Positions 20,900 through 26,154 of a stretch of DNA of 26,154 nucleotides are shown piece after piece. This DNA comes from Octopus sinensis (taxonomy: Eukaryota). The first letter of the stretch is position 1, and every line of letters starts with the position of its first letter. The notes under the pieces are model-generated. The model saw only the letters and a list, made by a program, of their open reading frames with translations, did not search any database and was not told the origin of the DNA. The stretch lies in assembly GCF_006345805.1 (NCBI RefSeq), contig NW_021835609.1, positions 1-26,154 of the forward strand, read 5' to 3'. The translations under genes and the position numbers were made by a program.

Positions 20900-21000
20900 T
20901 ATAAGGCATGCGTATACATATATATATATATATATATATATATCACACACACACACACATGCATATATATGTGTGTGTGTGTGCACGGGCGTCTGCATGA

Positions 21001-21045
<45 letters not shown>

Positions 21046-21320
21046 TACGTGTGTGTATGCGCGCGCATGTGTGCCTGTGTATGAATGTATATATATGTAT
21101 ATAAGAATATATATACATATATTATTATAATATATTGCTATAATTATATATGCATATATATATATATATATCTGTGTGAGTGTATGTGTGTGAGTGTGTG
21201 TGTGTACGTGTGTTTGTATGAATGTATATATATATACACATGCATATGTGTGTGTGTTTGTGTGTGTGTATTCGTGTGTGTATATATATATGGAGATGGT
21301 GTGTGTATGTGTGAATTTGT
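20900..21320. repeat. Mixed (TA)/(CA)/(TG) microsatellite field
   Basis: Directly visible. Confidence 0.9.
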
Positions 21321-21392
21321 TTTGTTGATCAATCGTGCCAGTCTATACGTCTCTCTATGACCTTTTCCCAGTTAATTCATTATTTATTTCGC

Positions 21393-21453
21393 TTTCCGTT
21401 ATCGACTCACTCGCTACTTCTATCTACCTCACAAACTCCCGCCAACGTTCATT
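21393..21453 (+). repeat. 61-bp fragment, inverted copy of 22149-22209
   Basis: 59/61 identical to the reverse complement of 22149-22209. Confidence 0.9.
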
Positions 21454-21680
21454 TCATTACCATATACATACATACACACATATCTATCCACCCACACAAA
21501 TGACTCAAACACACCCTTACCTTATTCTTCTTTACATCTATTCATTTATCAATTCAGTTCTTCTGTCTATCAATCAAAGCGTCTAACTTTTTAAAGCTAT
21601 ATATCTAACTGTACATCACTCTTAACTTCTCCTTAGACTTCTTCCCCCACTTGGATATTTCTCTCTCTCTCTCTCTCACC

Positions 21681-21711
<31 letters not shown>

Positions 21712-21754
21712 TATATATATGTATGTATGTATATACACACAGGCACGCACATAC

Positions 21755-21799
<45 letters not shown>

Positions 21800-22007
21800 A
21801 TAAAATATAAAGGCGTACACGATCCCAATACAAACACACAAATGCTTATGCAAATATAAATATAAGCAAAAATACCTTTTATGTGTAATCTTTATATGAT
21901 ACGTTCGCGTGCAGTGTTCTACATCAGTAAACAACTGTTAATGTGTGCCTGTGGAAATGTTGGTACATTATATAATTATATAGATATATATATATAGATA
22001 GATAGAT

Positions 22008-22235
22008 ACCGGAGTAAACACATAAATGTGAAACAAGGTGGAAAAAAGAGTACTCAAATACCAGTGGTAGAGTAATATGCTTTATTTAAAGCAGCAGAAA
22101 ATTCAACAAAATCTGTTACTCTGAGTTTCTTGTTGCCGTTCATCAGACAATGAACGTTGGCGGGAGTTTGTGAGGTAGATAGAAGTAGCGAGTGAGTTGA
22201 TAATGGAAATTTTCTGCTGCTTTAAATAAAGTATA
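22008..22235 (-). mobile_element. Short non-coding PLE-type element with hammerhead relic and 24-bp inverted repeat, embedded in (GATA)n
   Basis: Perfect inverted repeat CTTTATTTAAAGCAGCAGAAAATT at 22080-22103 and 22208-22231; hammerhead core on minus; (GATA)n on both flanks. The PLE assignment is inference. Confidence 0.6.
22113..22152 (-). ncRNA. Degenerate type I minimal hammerhead ribozyme
   Basis: Minus: CAUUGU-CUGAUGA-ACGGCAACAA-GAAAC-UCAGA-GUA-ACAG. Intact core, GUA cleavage triplet, palindromic mini stem III, short stem I; stem II cannot pair. Confidence 0.55.
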
Positions 22236-22392
22236 TAGATAGATAGATAGATAGATACATACATACATACATACATATATACATACATACATGCATGCAT
22301 ACATACATAAATACATACATCGATTGATAAAAAGATAGATAGATACATACATACATACTTAGATGGATGGATGGATAGATAGATAGATAGAT

Positions 22393-22454
<62 letters not shown>

Positions 22455-22500
22455 CGGACGGACGGACCGATGGAGGGATGGATGGATGGACATACATACA
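22236..22500. repeat. Compound tetranucleotide array (TAGA/TACA/TGGA/CGGA)
   Basis: Directly visible. Confidence 0.95.
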
Positions 22501-22851
22501 TCGTTTTTATTTCTTAATAGAACTTGCAGTTAAACCAATTCCCCTTTACTTAAGAATAAATGGATATAGGTACCGAATTATCACACTGCCAAAGAACGTA
22601 CTTATATACAAATGGTTGAAATCAGCGTATTATAATAATTTCAGAATCCTTTATAAGTCGCAGTAATTTGTTCCTTTTTCTGAAGAACTGACGGACGCAG
22701 AATTTCTTATTCAGTCGGCCCAAACCAAATAAAATATATTGCATCCGCTCCGACCCTTTCTATTGATAGATCATTGTAGTTTACAGACTCTCACATATAC
22801 ACACATATGCCCACGTATACATATAAATACATATTTGCATTTATACATATA

Positions 22852-23248
22852 CTAGCAGTATCACCCGGCGTTGCTCGGGTTTGTAAGGGAAATAACTATA
22901 TAAGCATTTTTAGAGAGTTATAGCCAAAAAATAGCAAAAAAATTCATTAAAAATGGAAAAAAATTTTGGTAAATTTTTTTTAAATCGTTGACTCATCGTA
23001 GACATTTTTAGAGAGTTAGTTCCCTTATATAATAGCGAAAAAATGTATTAAAATGGAAAAAAATGATGGTAATTTTTTTTTTATCGTAGACTCATCGTAG
23101 ATGCGCGCTAATACCCAGAAGGGCTCGATATGAATCACGACTATAAGATACCCGGTTTTGGTTAAACTGCACCGCAAAATGTGGGAGTAGTTAGGAATCT
23201 AAATCGTAGGAGACAGACAGCACACAACCTCTCTTTTATATATAAAGA
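22852..23248 (-). mobile_element. 397-bp non-autonomous Helitron
   Basis: Minus: A|TCTTTATATATAAAAG ... ACCCGAGCAACGCCGGGT hairpin, GATACTG, CTAG|T. Canonical 5'-TC, 3' hairpin plus CTRR, and A/T target. Confidence 0.88.
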
Positions 23249-23511
23249 TATATTCTGCGTGTGTGTGTTTGTGTGTTCTGTTTCTATACAAACAGTGACG
23301 GCCACACACATATCGACATATAGATGACCGTGTGCGAAGAGGTATAAACACTCTCAGGTATTTAATTTGTCTTCTGCTTCGACTTCGACATCTTTACTCA
23401 CCTCTCTCTTTAACTTGCACCAACTAAAATTTGTGTAGATTAATAGAAACGGGACTTAATCCAGGTTTGTTGAACAGACACACTGGACTAGGACTCGGGA
23501 AGAAAAGAAGT

Positions 23512-23723
23512 TCTCTCTTTTACTCTTTTACTTGTTTCAGTCATTTGACTGCGGCCATGCTGGAACACCGCCTTTAGTCGAGCAAATCGACCCCGGGACT
23601 TATTCTTTGTAAGCCCAGTACTAATTCTATCGGTCTCTTTTGCCGAATCGCTAAGTGACAGGGATGTAAACACACCAGCATCGGTTGTCAAGCAATGCTA
23701 GGGGGACAAACACAGACACACAA

Positions 23724-23760
<37 letters not shown>

Positions 23761-23931
23761 CATATATACGACAGGGTACTTTCAGTTTCCGTCTACCAAA
23801 TCCACTCACAAGGCATTGGTCGGCCCGGGGCTATAGCAGAAGACACTGGCCCAAGATGCCACGCAGTGGGACTGAACCCGGAACCATGTGGTTGGTTAGC
23901 AAGCTACTTACCACACAGCCACTCCTGCGCC
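23512..23931 (-). mobile_element. Full-length tRNA-derived SINE family B
   Basis: Minus head GGCGCAGGAGTGGCTGTGTGGTAAG, B-box-like GGTTCAGTCCC, internal (TA)n(TG)n, tail GAAACAAGTAAAAGAGTAAAAGAGAG. Confidence 0.92.
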
Positions 23932-24589
23932 TTTTTTTTTTATTAAAGAACGCTTTCAAAAATTTTAAATATGATACGCTACCATGGATATTGTAAAGAA
24001 TTCCTCTCCCAGATCTCAATCTACTTCGTATTGTATCTTGACAATTTGTTGTAAGATAGAGATACCGATAGGAATGTCGCATCAGGTTTCCGTAAAAGAT
24101 GTCATGTCCTGACTTGGCTACTGACTAATGGTTTATAACAGGCGGAACTAGTTAATGGATATTAAATATGATGACGCATGCTTGTTAATAGATTGAAGAT
24201 ATGGACAGAGAGAGGGATACATCTATTCAAATCGAAAGAGTATTGACTTAACTAAAAGCATAACCTGCAGCACATAATTAAGTGTAATTAATTCTTCATG
24301 GTCCTATATAGGCAGATTATGTTAAAAAATTGTATGAAGCTAATTTAAATGTAGTGCATGCAGTAAAGGAAATGTTTAATTAATGCATGTTTTGTGTCTT
24401 CGATGAACAGAGCAAAATCTGTCTGATTTCAGAGACAGAATGAGAGCACTACTTTGCCTCAAAACTGGAAAATTCCACTTCAAGTCCTGTTCCTTTTAAT
24501 CCCAGATATGCTTGAAGCGTCACATGGTGTTTCAGTATAAACCGTATTACATAAACTATTGATTTACAGCCAATATAATATACATTGAT

Positions 24590-24800
24590 AAGGCGGCGAG
24601 TTGGCAGAATAGTTAGCATGCCTGCAAAAATGCTCGCGACGTTTCACCAGCCTTTATTGTGCCTGAGTTCAAATTCTACCGAGGTCGAATTTGCCTGTTA
24701 TTGTTTAGGAAGCGATAAAAATAAGTACCAGTTGAGTATATAATCGACTTACACCATACCCCTCAAAATTGCTGACCTTGTGCCAAGATTCAAAGCCAAT
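24590..24800 (+). mobile_element. SINE family A variant with a different 3' tail
   Basis: AAGGCGGCGAGTTGGCAGAA head, GAGTTCAAATTCT B box, GATAAAAATAAGTACCAGTT body; tail CCCCTCAAAATTGCTGACCTTGTGCC differs from the copies at 2033 and 9052. Confidence 0.8.
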
Positions 24801-25037
24801 TTGATATGCATCGACAGCAGTGTAAGGCATCCGTTGACTGAGGAATGGATATTCAAAATAATTTGTCTTTTACTTCTCCAAGATGATATATTTCCATTCA
24901 ATCCACGTGAAATTATTCTCGACAAATATCTTACAGTCACAAGTCCATATTTTCTGCACCCTTAAAGCATTATGAATCGCACTGATCTGGAGGAGTCGGC
25001 ACAAACCCATTCTGGTGTACATCTTTGATTGACGGGT

Positions 25038-25294
25038 TTTTGTTTGTTCCTTCTCGAGCCATGCCTGGCTCATAAGGGCCGGTTTCCCGGTTTCTTGGCG
25101 TACAGGTTCCCCACCTGGATGAGAGAAAGTTATGGCGAAATTATCAACAGAAGTTTCGCCATTACCTTCTGCCGGAGCCGCGTGGAGCTTAGGTGTTTCA
25201 ATCATAAACACACACATCGTCCGGTCTGAGATTCCAACCCGCGATCCCTCGACCACGAGTCCGCTGCTCTTACCACTAGGCCATGTGCCTCCAC
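25038..25294 (-). mobile_element. tRNA-derived SINE family D, full length, 13-bp TSD
   Basis: A box TGGCCTAGTGG, B-box-like GGTTGGAATCT, tail GAACAAACAAAAA; TSD TTGATTGACGGGT at 25025-25037 and 25295-25307. Confidence 0.92.
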
Positions 25295-25624
25295 TTGATT
25301 GACGGGTACAAAAAGAAAATAGGTTATCACAAAAGACCAAAGTATTTTAAAAACACCAATGGTTTCCAGTGTTAGCAGAAATTCAAATTTAATAGGTGAG
25401 AGATATAATCGATGAAATGCGTCTCAGTACATGTTTGGTTATATAATGTTCTGTGTAAACTCTGGAGACTCAAACTACAAAATCATTTAAATAGTGTATA
25501 CTATCAGAATGAAAAAAAAGAGAGGAGAAAGTAAAAAATTTTCGATAATTAATGTATCTGTAGAACTTCTGTAACTCCAACGTTTGAAATATGGATATAA
25601 TTAATGCATTAGATGAGATACTGA

Positions 25625-26137
<513 letters not shown>

Positions 26138-26154
26138 ATCCATGGATAGAATAT

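Noticed and set aside
20946-20983. 15-bp (CA)n/(TG)n hairpin
   Set aside because: Trivial consequence of adjacent complementary microsatellites.
18458-23380. GTCTTCTGCTTC at 18458, 20299 and 23369
   Set aside because: Close to (CTT)n low complexity and to the SINE B body motif GTCTTCTRCT; no shared flanks.

Overview
AT-rich, repeat-saturated eukaryotic DNA with no recognisable intact host gene. An Octopus/cephalopod origin is inferred from the SINE types and microsatellite density. Supported content: (1) degenerate retroelements: Penelope-like pieces with a GIY-YIG remnant and hammerhead-ribozyme relics, several R4/Dong-like LINE fragments bounded by (AAT)n, and the 3' end of an RTE-like LINE; (2) four tRNA-derived SINE families; (3) DNA elements: a DD37D (maT-type) transposase relic, a 438-bp MITE with 29-bp TIRs, an 8-bp TSD and internal TTAGGG repeats, and a 397-bp non-autonomous Helitron; (4) many microsatellites, which explain most of the ORF track. 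Most notable: a 54 x 17-bp indel-free minisatellite sitting inside the RTE C-terminal zinc-finger codons, a Penelope 3' region combining a tRNA-like head with a hammerhead relic, the telomere-repeat MITE, an orphan ~550-bp R4-associated non-coding unit in three copies, and a 96-bp spacerless palindrome. Family names come from motif recognition only; no database search was run.
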